DNA from: Catajapyx aquilonaris
Taxonomy: Eukaryota
DNA: 45,711 bases
NCBI GenBank assembly: GCA_000934665.2
Contig: JYFJ02000128.1
Span: 124,001 to 169,711 of the forward strand
Direction of reading: 5' to 3'
Under the pieces are notes generated by a model. The model was not told the DNA's origin and searched no databases. It worked only from the letters and a program-made list of their open reading frames with translations. Position 1 is the stretch's first letter. Every line of letters begins with the position of its first letter. Positions 24,501 through 39,478 of the stretch are shown here, piece by piece. The position numbers were made by a program, and so were the translations under genes.

Positions 24501-27500
24501 TGTGGAAGAGATCCAAAGTTGGCCATGGTCTGTAACATGCGCGGCTAATTTGAGCGGCATGTGTTGCACTGATACTCAATTTAGGCTAGTTTTTTTGCGG
24601 CGGTGATGGCGGTGGGAACGGCCATTAATTATGAAAATATATGCAGTGGGGGCCATTACGGGGTGATTTTATATTTTAATTTGCAGTAAGGATGAGTGCC
24701 ATTAACCGTAAGGATGTGAAGCCGGGGAGTGGCGGGGTTGTCAAAATGCATGCGATGTTCCCATGCAAACCTCAAGTTGGGTTGAATCATGGCAGGATGA
24801 ACATGCTACAGATATATATTACACTTTTCATATTTTTATTGATTGATTTACCTGATTAGTCCCATTCAGAAAAAGTGACATGCACTGGTCACATCCAATA
24901 AAAAATTAATTTAAAAATCAGAACAATTTTTTTACAGTGTCACTACACCTCCGAATGACCATTGATCATTGCAGACGTAACTGACAAATGCTTGGTTTAA
25001 TTTTGCGCCTAACATGAGCCTAACTGACACTCTTTGGTCTTTTAGCAGAATAACTTGGATGTTTATGAAGCTATACCTACAATAAAATATCATGCATGCA
25101 ATTTTTGTGTCACATAGTTAACATCATATTTACAGTTAAAGTGATCCTGAAAAACTCACGCCAACTCCCCACAAGCACACTTGGCAACCGACTTTTTCAA
25201 GCTGTCACGGTGTCAAACTACTGTACACTGGCTAACAGACTTGACCCTGGCCCTTTAATTGGCCATCCCATCTCCTATTGGGCAGCCACTAACCACACAT
25301 TTCCCGGGCTACATCCACATACACACACTTTAAGCCCATCCCTGCCACGTGTTTCCTGCACTCTGCTGTGTGCTTATAACGACACAAAAAAAGCCGTGGA
25401 AAAAACCAGGAGGAGAATATTTCCCCGATTTAAGGTCTGGAGCCCACAACAATTGCCAACTAATAGCAGAGGCAAGTGGGAATAATGGGCTGGTCTATTG
25501 TAGAGTGCTGTAGGTCGATAGAAAAAAAAGAGAGAGAGGGGGGGGGGGTTGATGGTGTAACGAACGCGCTCGTCAGTGGTTAACCGCATGTGGTCCGGGT
25601 GTCATTTAGCAAGCAAACTCTTTTTCTGGGACACCTCTCACTGGAGCTGTTGTGTGTTCAACTTCTATGGGGACTGCTCCCAACAGGACGCGAGCAAATT
25701 GTGGCCTCTTTTTTGCACGAACAAGTAGTCTCCCGTTGCAATTCACTTTATGCAATGTGTACAGTGTGCTGGCAATTGATAGACCTTCACATAGTATCAT
25801 AATGCAGGGCTGGCAGCTGAGATGCTATATTAATTTTGGCACAAAGTGGCATTTACTATAGTTACTTCCAAGAGGTGCAAAATATAGCTGGTAAATGTGA
25901 GTGATACTTGTTATTAATGACAATGAAACCTCGATTCATCGTTTTAGTCGGGATCCATGGAAAACGATATATCCGGGAAAACGACGAATGCGGGAAAACG
26001 ATATATACTGGCATTATACGCTGTACGTACAGTTGAATAACACGAGGAACTTTCATTTGCCTTCTGAAAATTCATAGAAACACATTTCGCTCTTGTGTCT
26101 AGTGAACCCATGCACGATAGCACTCTTCACGTGCTTTCAGACAATAAAACCAAGTTGTAAGCGGCGAACAAACCGTTGTTGCCACGCAGATATTTTTTTA
26201 TTCTCCTGCATTCTTGATCGCATCCATGGCGCTTTTTTCCACAATCCTCTCGCTTGGTGGGCGATCGTAACCTGGGGCTTGATTACAACCCCGAAACGAC
26301 GCCAATCCAAACCGGGTCTCCTACTTCGGACCGGCTCTAAGCGCATCTAAACCCGATTTTCACTCTTTTTCGCCGACATTCTATTGCCGACCATTTCCCA
26401 AGCGGCGTTCGCTGCCACCCAAATTTACCGACACTTCCGAGCCTCACTTTGCCTCCAGCCAATTTTCCCTTTTGTTCCTTTCCCACCCACACTTTTCCTC
26501 CCAAAAATCAAGAGGGACAGTCCAACGTCGATACCTTTATTCCAACATTTTTTTCTCTTATTTTATTTTTTTGAGAGTCTAGAAGTGTACCGTCAGTCTC
26601 TTGGGCTTGCCTCTCATGATTAGTTCTCCCAGAAAATCTGACAAGTTCTTTCTCTCTTCTTCTTCTTCTTGGTGGTATCCAAGTAGGTTCTGTCTGACAC
26701 TATCGCAATGTCAGGAACTTTATCCACGGTTGTGATTCGGTGGAAGAGCAGCTGGTAGCTGGAGAGATCACTTTCACTGACTTCCCCCGGCCTGACCTGC
26801 CACGTTTCGCGGTTGAATGCGGAAATGTCGTGTGGCTTGACAACGAGTTGTCAAGTCTGAAAATGTATAGAGATTGGGGTCTTGTGGAGGCTGCAGCGCA
26901 AGGCAGAAAAGTTTGTCTGAGATCTCGGACTGTTATTTTGCTGCCAAGTTGTTTATGCTTGGGAATTGGACAGGACGAAATGTAATGGAGGAGCGAAGGG
27001 TACGTATAACAGTGACAAATGGGCTGATATGCATTGGCCCTGCGTTTTAATGTTGAATTCTTACCAGATTTATAGCAGACTAGAATGACTCATTTATCAA
27101 AACTTGACGTATTTTTGGCAAGTTTTGATTAAACATCACGGCAGGAATAAGCGTGCCAACTGCATAAATTGCTATGCAAATTTTTGAAGCAGTTCGTACT
27201 CTTTCTGCACTTCACTTGAAATAAAAATTCCCTATAGTCTTTAACACTCTGTTGTTTGGTTTCAAGGCTTACAATATATTGTGCGCATAAATAACATGTT
27301 TACAACACCAAGCGCATATTGATGAGACACGTAACAACTTCTACCCTCACCCATGCAATCTTAATGATTCACCCAAAACCGGTTTCATGTATAGGACCTA
27401 TAATGCTAATACTTATTTAACTGCTTGCTCAAGCGATGCCCATACATCATTAGGTCAACAGTTAATGCCATATTAAGCCTCTCACTACAGGCATATTCAG

Positions 27501-30500
27501 CACAAGCTCGACCATTCATCACCTATACCCGAACAGCCGGCACTCTTCAGGAAGTACCCACTTCACCACCCATACAGCATAAACAAATCAGCTGTCGTAT
27601 GCATTAACGACTAATAAATCCCCCCCAAAAAATCTTTGGCTCGAGCTACAAACACTAAAGCGCTCCCCGAAAAAAGAGGGTTGCTTTTAATACCCTTGTA
27701 AACGGTACAGCGTCCGAAACACTTTAGTACGTACTCGGTATTACCGGCCAAAAAAGCGCCGAACTGGTGCCAAAACACAAGCATATGCCTCCTGGGGCGT
27801 TGTTTAGAACGAGCTGGATGAGGTGCTAGTGTCGTCAGTTCTTCCCCCCACCCATACCTCCCAACCTCTCTCTCCAAGTCTATACCACAGGCCACAGCGG
27901 TCATAAACCTCAGCCAGCGGAGAGTTTCCGCCTAAATTCCCCGAGCTGGGGGATAAAACCTCAGTTGGTCCTGCAAAGTGAGCCGCAGAGTGATAAGATG
28001 CGCGCGATCTAAACACACACAAACTATCGCTTTCGGATACACCCGTCGTCCGGGTTTATCTTCCCGGCTGTAAATGATAGCAAGCAGATTTTCCGGCCCG
28101 ATAACGTCACCGCGGGATGAAACCTGCTACCGGTTATCGAAAATGTGAAACAACACTAGGGTGGCTGAGAAGATATTTCGAGATATTTGCTCTGGAGTAA
28201 TCTAATCTTCTATCTATAGTCCGCCTGTATATCAAGTTACTGTCTAGACTGAGATTCTGCAAACAAGTAAACAATCAATAAAATAAATACGCGTAAATAA
28301 ATAACATTCACATTTTGTTGTCAGTTGGGTTCCATGATGTCACAAATTGCCCCTGATTGGCTGAATATGGCCTTGAACACTATGGACCAGGCGTCGTTCA
28401 CAGGCATCATGCGTAATCTCACCAACACTTCTATATATCTTGTGGAGGGTCAGTCCGTCTAGGAAATGGCGGTGAAGAGTGATTAATGTGACTAGGGGGA
28501 AAGGAACTGAGCGGATGCACATGGCTGAGGGTTTGGTTTGCCGAGGAGGTATTTTGGCCATTTTGGGGAGAGGAATGTTCGGCAGTGAGAGACTGCTAGC
28601 TGGTGGTGAATGCTCGGGTTCTATATATTATCCGCGTTGAACCAGAGGTCAGCAGAATGATTCAAACGGAGAGAGTTAAAAAAAGGGGGGAAGTGGAGCC
28701 TGTTCCATGTCAGTTTTTGTGGATTCAGGTACTGGCAGCATAGATGTATGTATGACCAACAAACTGACAAAGACTTCTTTCAGGGTCTGCTGGTGCTATT
28801 TCGTGTAAAACAAGCCGGCCTTTTATATGTACACTAGCGGAACATAATTACGAGCCTCGGTCTATACCACCCTCATTTTCATGGGCTGAACAAGATTTCA
28901 GAGTTATTAATTCATGGATGCGTGCATTTCACGTTTGTAAGCGTTTCGTTGTTTGTTGTTTAAATAACAAACCATATGTATGTACCGCTGCATAATCACG
29001 ACAGACACTGTTGTAAGCAGTGCATGTCAGGCATTACTAAGCAGGACCTAAGGATTTGTTCGGACTGCACTCATGGTGTCTTAGAGGGTGGGGGTTGGAC
29101 CCCCCCCCCCCTTCCCGTTAAAAAAATTGACATTAGCCATGGAAAATTGTATTCCAAAACCTCCCCCTGATCCCGAAAATTAAGAAAGGGCTGAAAATGA
29201 GCCATATTTTGGAGAATTTGCAGAATTAGGACTGCACACTTCTTAATTCGGACTACACAAATGTGTGCGGATTACACGCTTTTGGTCTTGTTATAAGAAC
29301 TTAAGACTATTTATACATATTAATTGTCTACATACACATTTGGTTAGGCCAGTTCTGAAACTATCTCTGCTGGAAAGGATATTATATGGTAAACACAGTT
29401 GGGAGTTGTTGGCCTATGGAGGCTGAACTACTACATCAACTTTACTTCCAAAATCCCACACTTGTAATGCTTCCCCAACGGTAGGTGCAACTCACAAGAG
29501 CCAGAAGGCCCAACTGCTAGGAACACGAACGAAAACTCTGAACCTTCGAATAAACAAGAGTGCTGAAATATGTACACAAGGGAAGATTCGCTTTTGCGCA
29601 TCCTGCCATCCCTTTCTCGATGCATATATGGACCAGACCCAGTGCAATTCGGATATTCGGTCACGTACACAACCAGCCACGCCGCAGAAAACGCGAATCT
29701 ATAAAAAGAAAAGGGTCCGAAGCAAAAGACATGCCAGCTTGGTCCAAAAACGTGGCAGCAGCTTGACTCAAAAAATGGTCAGATGGCGAATAAGTCCTGA
29801 ACCTGGTACCAATGGTTGTGGGGACCAGGCCGGAAAAGCCTCAAATTAATCCCTCCCCTATTATGCCAGAAGCGGCAGGACCGTTAGGGGAATGTCATCT
29901 CTCCTGGCCATCTCATTTCCATGAGACATAAAGTGAGGCTAAAGCCCCATTTGGAGTCTCGGCGGTGATTCTCCCTTCACCCCCCCTCTATACTCCCTGT
30001 GATTGCAATATGGCGGACGTTCCCCTGAGGCGTCGGGTAGTCCACGTTAGCACAGCCATTTTCTGTCTTTCTGGATGCTCTCCGGGGGCTTTTCAGACCT
30101 GTCCTCACAAGGTCTCGGGACCTCTTTCATTAATCGTGTTGTTTGTGCTTTGCGGTCGGGTTTCAACCCCGTAATCCGCCTCGGTTGGTAATGATACTGC
30201 AAAGTGACAAATGGTCGGATTACCCGGTACGGATATAATGCGACTTCGGACAATAGATGTGAGCTCTCAGAGTCACAAGTTTGGCCACAATGCAAAAATC
30301 GACGCATCTTTGCATCTGACGCAAAAAGTCTGAAAACTGCATTTTTTTCGTGTCTAAACGACTAAAAGTTAGGATTTTCCCAGCCTGTGGCAATCCTGGC
30401 TTACTTTGCCATGGAAACAGGATGTGCGAAGAACGGGCTCCGCTGCTAGTAACAGGATAAATTGGAATCGGGAGTGTAGGGATTGTGAGTGATTCCCACA

Positions 30501-30748
30501 CTTTCGGAGCAGGTTCTCACCGCCTTTGTGTCATATTCTCACTCGAATCATCAGTTATACAGCTTAGTGGGTATCGATCATTCAACATGATCGATCTACC
30601 ATTTCCTATCGGACTGCAAACCGCCTCATTTTTTATCAGCGGTTAGAAACGCTATCCGGTACTTGCGCTGCCCATTTACTAATGAGGAAGATATGATAGA
30701 ATGACTTTTTACATGCACCTCTCTTTTTTTTTTTCCTTTTCCCAACAG

Positions 30749-30864
30749 GGCCGCCTCCTGGGAGTCGTAGATGGCTACTTTGGGTCATTCAAGCGGTGCA
30801 ATTATCCAAGGGTCAGCCCCGGAATGGCCCTGGAGATTGTGGAGGAGTGTGGCAGGTACTCCAG
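30749..30864 (+). CDS. LHFPL6: LHFPL6-like coding exon 2
   Basis: Long polypyrimidine tract plus CAG; GRLLGVVDGYFGSFKRCNYPRVSPGMALEIVEECGRYS has the LHFP FGxFxRCxYP and VEECGRY motifs; CAG|GTAAGC donor, phase 2. Missing from the ORF track. Confidence 0.93.
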
Positions 30865-33800
30865 GTAAGCTCAACCCTCGTCCCATCAAGCGTGTAATGG
30901 GCACCAAAACCTCTTGAACTTTGACACTCCAGCCCGTGCAGTGTCACTTTCCCAGCAGTGCATTCCAGCACACGTATCCGCAGGAACGTGACCCTGCTGT
31001 AATCTGCCCCGGCTTGAAAATTGTTTGTGTCTGGAAATGCATGGCTTCCAGCATCCCCACCCACTAACCTTTCCAATGAATAATCTACACCTCTCGGGAT
31101 GACACATCCGGAATATCCTCTACATCAGGGGAAAATGGAAAGCCCTGCCTAAACTTTGCAAATGAAAGCTGCGGCCATACCCACACGCATTTTCTCTCCC
31201 GACGTCCATATTTCATGACCGATGCAGAGCCATGCATAATCACTTCCGAGGGGTCTTCCGACATCCCCTTATCATAAAATGGTACCGTGTATTTCAGCGG
31301 CTGAGACGGAATCGATGGGAAAACCCGGTGTAAAAGGATCGATCAAAGTTGTGATGACGTACAATACACGGTCCTTGAACTGTGCACTATTTTCGCCTCA
31401 TTAGTCAATGGTAGATTATTAATAATCCGTCGTGTGGGTCTACTTAGGAAACTTGCTTTCAACTTGCGCACGTCTTAAAAGGGAATGCGAAATGGCTCCC
31501 CAAAATTAACTGCAAGGAGCGTGGTAAATATAATGGCCGTTTAGAAGCGACATGCCGCTCACTTACACAGCGTTTCATGGAAACTGATGGATGCCGCCAG
31601 CACCCTTTCAAAGAAACTGGCTGAAAACATGCCGAAACTTCGTCCAGACTGCAGCCTGAACAAAGTCGAGTCAATGCCGTAATGAATGCAACGTTGTCCT
31701 TAAGTGAAATCCGATTCAGCTACCCGACGAGGCCTGCCCGCCTTCATCATTTAGTCATCAGACCTACTCCACGTGTGACCCAACCCTCTCTCTTTCGACA
31801 ACTTCAACTACACGCTCCTGCTCCTGCAATTAAGCGGCAAATATGGCCGGCATGTCCTCGTTGCCAATAACATCCCCCTTCGGATGCGGAGGGGTCACCA
31901 TGGAAACCACGAAGCGACGCGGGTCCGGCTAAGGAACAAAAGCTTCTTTTCTGAATTGCATCGCTCGGGTACCGCGCACTTTTTTCAATATGGACACGCA
32001 AAAAAAAGAAAACTTTCCGATATTGGTCTGCTGGGGAATGTTTTCAGCATTGTTCAGACTAGGTCTGCCGATGTCATTGAAAATTGGATTGCAAGTACGC
32101 ACGTACCTCGGAATAGTCGGTGCCCTCGCCTCTCCGACACACTATCCAATTAGGTTCCATAATAACGCGCAGGTGTCCCCGACGACCGCCATTGTCCCCC
32201 TCTTCAGGTCGTTCCCCGTTGCTCCCCCGTGCCCCTTCACGAATTACGTTGTCCTCGGATGCGACTTGATGGGGCCAAATTGCATTAGACGCCTTCTGGG
32301 AGGATGTGTGTAGAAGCCATTGTTTCCGGGGCGTCGAATGTTCAGGGAGGCCATGGCAGGGCACTTCTCGCTTCGAATTTTTGAGGGTGCATATCGGGTG
32401 ACTAGAGTATCCCTGGAATGGTGGCAGACCCAAGTGTAGTCATTTGGGGAGTGAGTAATTATGAGAGTATTAAAATTTCTCACATATTCATCCGTTTTTA
32501 ACCACCTGTCCTGTTTACCGTGCCCTGCTCGCCACGCAGGATTAACCTTGTAGCGTGACATAAATTACGCAAATAAAACGCATTGCACCACTTCAAACAG
32601 TAATTAGGTTGCTCCTCGTTGCCATCAGAGACTGCCGGACCGCCAAATATCTGCCTAACAAATGAAACCGCATCCTAAACTGAAATACAACATTTCCTGG
32701 CCTGCTAACGTGGTAATTTCAGCGGGCGAACGTTTCCGATTACACCAACTGTAAATCCATTGCCATCACTCATTCCCTGATCCTCGAAGCGGAAAATTAC
32801 CTGCACGGGTTAGTACACCTTTCATGCTCATGTTTTTTTGTTCGTGGGAGTACCAAGTGGGTGTTAGAAGCCTGCTCTTTCTGGGTGTTATTACTGCCTG
32901 GAAACTCTTTTTTTCCCGCAGGATTTTCCGCCAGATTCGTCGGGTCGTGATAATCAGGCATTCACACTCGACTCGATATCGGATTATTTCGAGTCGTAAA
33001 AGCGTGTCTCTCCTACCTGATTATTCTGTAGCACCCTGTTCCAACTGCTGGTTCTTGACCCTCAGTATTTGTACCGGTTATTTAATTTGAGAGAGGCGGA
33101 TCGTTGATGTAGTTCGGTTCACGCAAAGAATGCAAACGCTCGCTAATTTACATACTGCCAGCCCCCGGGTAAAAGATGGCCTCTCCGCAGAATTCATTTT
33201 CGGGATGCGGAAGAATTCGGGTAATCCTATGCTATGTACCCTCCATCCTGATGCTGTGCTCAATTAGTCCACGAGTGTGCTGCCTAACTTTGCTTGAAAA
33301 TGCGTTCGGCCATTGATTAAAAGCTGCCAATGGTGCATGTTGGCCGATTATAGAGCAGAAGGATCGGATTTTTTGGCCCTCCGATGGCGTTCGTGCAGAA
33401 ATGATTCGATGGGCATATACCGGAATTGAGGGAATCAAAAAATTATAATGGTGTTAATTATCAGCGGAATTAATTTGGCAGGTTCATGAACTGATGTATT
33501 TTCGATATATGGCCATAAGATAAAACTGAGAGTTTCCAGGTGGTCCAGGAACTTTTAAAAGTTTCGCCCAATTTTTTCCGCCACGCATAATGAAGACCTC
33601 CAGCTTCTTACTGCGAATTAAATTCAACGAGGATGGCAGTTGGGCGTGTCCTGCCAAGAAAACTAAACAGGAAAAAAAGTACTAATGATACTAGTTACCA
33701 GTTGCTGCTCTTCGTGACATGGACGCAAACTACTCCTTGATGGGCCGTAATTTAACGCGCGTTAAGTCGAGTGTCGTAACTGATTACTCTGAAATTGGCG

Positions 33801-36800
33801 CATTACAGTGACGTGCTAACCTGCTTATTTTCAAAGGGGATTAATCACTTGGGACTCCCAGCAGCAGCAATCACCTGGAAATAAGATAACAATTATGATT
33901 CATATTTTCGTATACATTTCTCCCATGTTGCAGGGTGGGCAGTATGATCAATATTGACAATTATTTCGTCAGTGCTCGCATGAGAGGGACTGATTACAAA
34001 AGCGTTCATTTACTGCCAAATGACTCCTCTATCTCAAATTACCAGTGCACAAAAACGGCTTTATTACCTTTGTGCCCATCGCTCCGAATGCCGAAGCCGC
34101 ACCACACTATACGTAACATACGCGTAATTGCACATAGCTTTGAAGTAGTGCTGTAAAAGGGGGGGGGAGGCTCAGTCCTTGGCCTGAATGATATCCCCAT
34201 TCATTATTCACGCGCTCAATTTTAGCCATAACCATTGGGCGCAATCGGGAATGTGAGAGATGGAATTCCTGCCATTTTCTGACATTTTGTCAGCAAATCA
34301 GGGATTTCAGAAGCCACGTTAGCGACATAGATAAGCTTGAAATCATGATAACTCATACCGCCCATTTCATTATCACCAAATTAATTCTGAAACATGAGAA
34401 ATATTAGTTACATAGACTTTGACACCAACACCAACAAACCAGCCAGTCGATGTGATCACCTGAACTCTACAGAAGAGCGGATATTTTTATTTTGAAAAAT
34501 GGAGTTAGATCAGCTATCACGTACAAGGCAGCTCTCCTCCCACCCCCTCAGCGCAATTTGTCTCCCGAACAATTGGGATTCCACCGTGACTTGAAAGAGT
34601 CGCCCTTTCCCCATCAGTCGCCCAGCCTTTCATCGTCCTGACAATAATTACCTTTGGGAAAAGGGGGCCTATGTGCGTGCTGCCGCGAATAGGAGGGGAC
34701 ATGGCGTGCGGACAGCAACCCAGAGAGACCAAGCTACCTGTGTGGAGATCTCAGCTTGGGATCACAGGTGATAACGCCTTGTATTACAACCGGACGAACA
34801 AGAGGGGGGTGTTCCTGTCATGGGTGCATCCATTTTTGGAGCCCTTATTTTCGTGGAACTTGTCCAGCCGGATAATAATATCACAACAAAAAAGTAGGGG
34901 CAAGGTAATGATCTCGTTTATTTTGCATAGCAGCCTTGCCCTACTGACGGTGAATTCGAGGGAGCATAGTCAAAAATTGATTAGGTTGATTATCTCTCCG
35001 ATTCATGCTACAACCTGAATAATTTGCTATGAGACGAGTCACCGTACAAGGGGGGATGGCTCCTTAGCCGTTCGGTAATGACACTAAATTAGTTCCGGCA
35101 ATATTAAATGAACCCAGATGATGACTTATTACTGTACAAAGATGAGTCACTGATGACATACTCCGTGCCAGATTTTATTGACATTACATTTCATAGTGTA
35201 TGCTTTATTAAATTCTTAATAGTCACATAGCCTGAGTCAACTAGAGGACAAATATTATATTCAAAAAAGGAGGCCTTATTTTCATCAACGTATACACCAT
35301 GCTTCTTCAAATTTAACAAGGCGAATTTTCCTCTTGTATAAACTGTTTGCATAGAGCCAGTGAAAATTCGCTCGCCCTTTTTTTTCAAGCTCGTTTGTGC
35401 ATAAAGCGCCTGACAACTCACGCACTGCACGGTGTTCACTTTGCGTTTGCACACATTCCGCCAGACTGCATCATACATTTTTATACCCCGTCTCTCTGCC
35501 CCAGATATTTCATGTATAAGTAAAGAGAACCCCCTCGCGCCAGTCATGGCTTGATATCCTCTCATAAAAGCTCCAGAAAGGACGCCACAGGTATCGCTAT
35601 CTTTAGTCGCATAAAAACCAAGTGGGTGTATTGATAAGGTCTATATGCACTTCAATATAAAAGTGTGCGGCGGATTTGGCGCCTTTGGACCGAGACGCAT
35701 CTCATTTTTTGGAAGATTGGGGCCAAGATATTTGGGTCAACTCGGTAGATCATTTATGAAAATCCAACATCATGAATGAATTGACGAATATCCTGACCCC
35801 ACCTATAGAGCAAGCCTTGGAGGAAATGTGCACTCAGCCTTCCCCTACTTCACTCCCTCAGAATTACGGTCCCGCACCTCATCTACCGAGGGAGGCAGGG
35901 TTTAAAGGCGTGGAAAGAGGCCATCCAGGGCTATACAAACCCACATCCTCCAGGAGAGTCCTAGTGCAGGCGGCCATTTCGAGCCCAACTCTGTGCCCAA
36001 ACCCTATCCTGTGGCACGGCATCTCCATTTACCGCGACAAAGGTCCCTCATCTTATATGGCGCCCGCAGGATTTTCACGTGTCTGCAGGAGCGGAAATGG
36101 GTGTCGCCATCTTCAGGGGAGAAACCTGGTTTCCGCCTGATATTTATTGTCAGGGCCAGGGAATAAAATTGCGAATCGCGGATATAAATAAAGAGCGAGC
36201 ATTGTCGGACCTTTTTTTCTTCCTTGGGAACTACACAAGAGAGTAGTCTCAGTTTCTTTGTACTCTTTGTTTCCCGACCCACGCGCCCTTCCTTTTGAGA
36301 TTTCGTGCATGATGCTTCGGGAGTTGCAAACTGGGACAAACTAAATGTGTGCTATGAGCCGCACAATAAGCGAGACAAGAGCGGAAACCGAATGTGCCGG
36401 CTTCTTTGGCCCAAACTTTTTGGGGGGTAAAAGTCCTTCTCTTCATCAAGTTGGAACAATGCACGCAAAACTACGCTTAAAGCCCGAGCAATAAGGTCTT
36501 TATTTGGTCTCCGACACAATGTGCAGTCAACTTAATGACATGGAAGGATTCGAAGGAACGTTTGAATTACTTAAGAGGCCAGGCTTGTATATAGCTTCAA
36601 GGAACTCTCAGAAGGCACGTTAAAAATATATTCGAATTGGCCTGGCATGAAACAATGTGCGCGGAACTTATAGTCAATAAGGCCCTTTATTCAGTCCGCG
36701 ACACAATGCTACGGATATAATGACATCCAAAGCAGGCAGTGCACAAAGGAACTTCCTAAGCAGCGTTAGCAGTCATTACGTGACAAAGACCAGCCAACGC

Positions 36801-38611
36801 GACGAAAACTCCCACAATGTAATAATGTACCACGGGTAACTCTACATGCAAGGCTTGCAGGTTTCACATTAACTCAATATACCCTACATACAGGGTGTGT
36901 TTTAAATGCAATGTCCTTGACTCATTGGCTACAGGAAATTGTCCTGAAAAGTGCAGGCTGAAGCACTAACTAGCGAAGAACTGTTGCTAGCTATAGGTAT
37001 ATGGGGGCCTGAAGCCAAAGCTTGCCAAAATGTCTTTCACAACTTGGAATCTTGTTGAAAGTTTTACGCGGTTTGCATGCATCGGCCTTGTTTGTTCGCG
37101 CCCTTGGCACTTGGCGAATATATTGTAATTTAGGGACACTGAGTCCCAAGTTGCACTCCTGCAGAGCGTGTCTGAGTCGTGCTGCTGGGCCAAAGGAAGC
37201 GTGAAGCATGGAAATGGACAGGCAATGGCGTCCAGGTTCCTTTGAAGGGCACAGCGCACATGGAATGGCCAGCGCCCGTGAAAACCAGGCTCAGATCGGG
37301 TCATGCCATAAATATTGAGCTAGAAGTCCGGGTGATAGAAAAGAGAGGACTTTCTCAAGGAGTTGGATGCTGGGGGTGCTGGGGAGGGGTGGAGAAAACG
37401 TATTTTTTTCTTTCTTGGGGAGGGGGAGGGGGCCTTTGACTTGCCAGGGGTTCGTCGTCAAAAGGTAACGAATAATCTTAGTGGATGCTGTTAGACGAAA
37501 GGAGATCCTCTCTTTCGGCTCCCTTTCAAAAAGTTGTTTTCAAAGAAACCGGATAGTTGGGAGGAAAAGTTGAGCAACTTACTGGATTGGATTTCAGGTA
37601 ATTAACTGCACTAGACATCAGCATTTTTGCTGTATTCCATGCACCTATATAATTTAAACAATTAGCCCAGAGTATCGTCTAGAAACTCAGCGTATGAGGA
37701 ACTGACAGGCTATTTGATAACCTTTAACACCAACAATCAACAGGTGTATAGGATATAGTCTTAGAAAAATCGACAGTGCAATCGTATTATGTCGCAGAAA
37801 AATCGGCTGTAGAGATCGAAAATCGACTTATCGAAAGACGATCTTCAGGACTGAATTTCTGCCCAAGATAAAATCCACTTATTAAATGCATTACGCATAG
37901 TGTCTGCTTGGCTCAGCCGGATAATCGCGAAAAGTCTGCTGACAAACGGATGATGTAGGCCTAAGTAACCTAAACACACTGCAATTGCATATCGGTACAT
38001 CCATTATCACGGCATACCCAAGGGCGTATAAGAATCCCAACCGAATTTCCACATTTCTGGCACAACCTATTCTCAAACTGAAGATGACCTAAGTATAGCC
38101 TACTCCTGAAGCTGGCATCGACTACACAGAGCTCTCGGAAAGGGAGTGTAATCTGCATGGATTCCCTCCCTTTTGTTTACTCGGAGGCGCCTGACTTCAG
38201 ATAAGGAAACGGCCAAGACGTGCCTTTTCTCTCTCCCTCTTCTCACACCCCAGGCCCTCTCAGCCATAATACTGATGTCTTCCACGATCTTCTACTACGG
38301 GAACTGAGAGAAGAGAGAGAGAGAGGAGAAGGCAGAAGGGTACGTCGAAGATGAAGGAAGGAGTGGAAGTGTGGTCGGGTAGAAGGGCAAACGAGGATGG
38401 TGATTACGTTATCTAGTTCCCCTTCGCATGAGTGCGTCTGATGACATTACCACAGCTAATTCCCCGGAGCGGAATGCCGCAAGTGGGCGCAGTTGGGATG
38501 GGACTCCTCTCACAACCGCCGCCGCCGTTGCCACGTGTAACACTATCCGCCTACACTCTATTGGTATAGCCAGACTCGCATTACAGGGTGGGTAACCCAA
38601 AGCTACAATAT

Positions 38612-38682
38612 GGAATATCCTGCTGGTTAGACCGCCCAGTACATGGGTGGCAGTAGAATGGTCTAACCACCAGGATACTTCC
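38612..38682. repeat. Inverted repeat with about 22-bp arms (71-nt hairpin) in LHFPL6-like intron
   Basis: GGAATATCCTGCTGGTTAGACC (38612-38633) pairs with GGTCTAACCACCAGGATACTTCC (38660-38682), with one mismatch and one bulge. Confidence 0.85.
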
Positions 38683-39478
38683 GAGTACTATGGACGTTGA
38701 GCAGAAACCTAATTCGACAAAATCAACTCGAGAAATTTTCTGTATTTGACATATAATTTGTAATGAGCCTAAACGCATACCTATACCGTACCTACATTTA
38801 ATAGTTGCGGTTGCAACTTCTGACTTTTTAATTACATGAACTGATCGTTCAATGTGTGCTTTGGATTGGCTGATTTGGTTGCTGGCCAAGTTGGGAGAAG
38901 TTTTTTAAAATGGTCTCAACTGTACCAATGCAAGTCTTTCTCTACACACAAGTTGATGTTATGAACGGTACTGTTTAAGCATTCGCTTCCTGTACTGTAC
39001 ACATGCGCTATGCAAACGGTGGCCTTTAAACTCTTGACATCTATTTGAAGTAGGCTACCGTATTGCGTTGAGTGGAAGATTGTCCAAAAAGAAGCTCGTG
39101 TATTTCACAGCCGTAGATGATGCAAGATCTCTCACGAATTCTTTAAGTAGTTGAAGGCCTTCTTACATATGTTATTGGCGTAGCAACCTGATAGTCACTT
39201 GATCCAAAACAGGAATAACACATTTCATCGGCTGATTTTTGTGTTCTAATGGTGCTTTCAAAGTGTTATAATTACATCTTGGGAAAATAAAATATAAGCT
39301 CATTAGAAGCATCCAGTCAGGCAAAGAATTTCCCAGCTAATTATGTATGTCCATAAGAACCCTCAGCTATCCCAGGTCAATTGATGAGTCAATTTCCTTC
39401 AGTCATCATAATCGCTTCATTCTGCATCCCATACTTTTGATTACTCCTGAATGTAACTTTTTCCCCCTCTTTCCCCAG

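Noticed and set aside
30856..30864. Alternative donor CAG|GTACTC 9 nt upstream of the LHFPL6-like exon 2 donor
   Set aside because: Poor consensus, and using it would remove the conserved RY residues.
36889..36960. TACAGGGTG Tc1-like end
   Set aside because: No matching inverted end or transposase remnant found.
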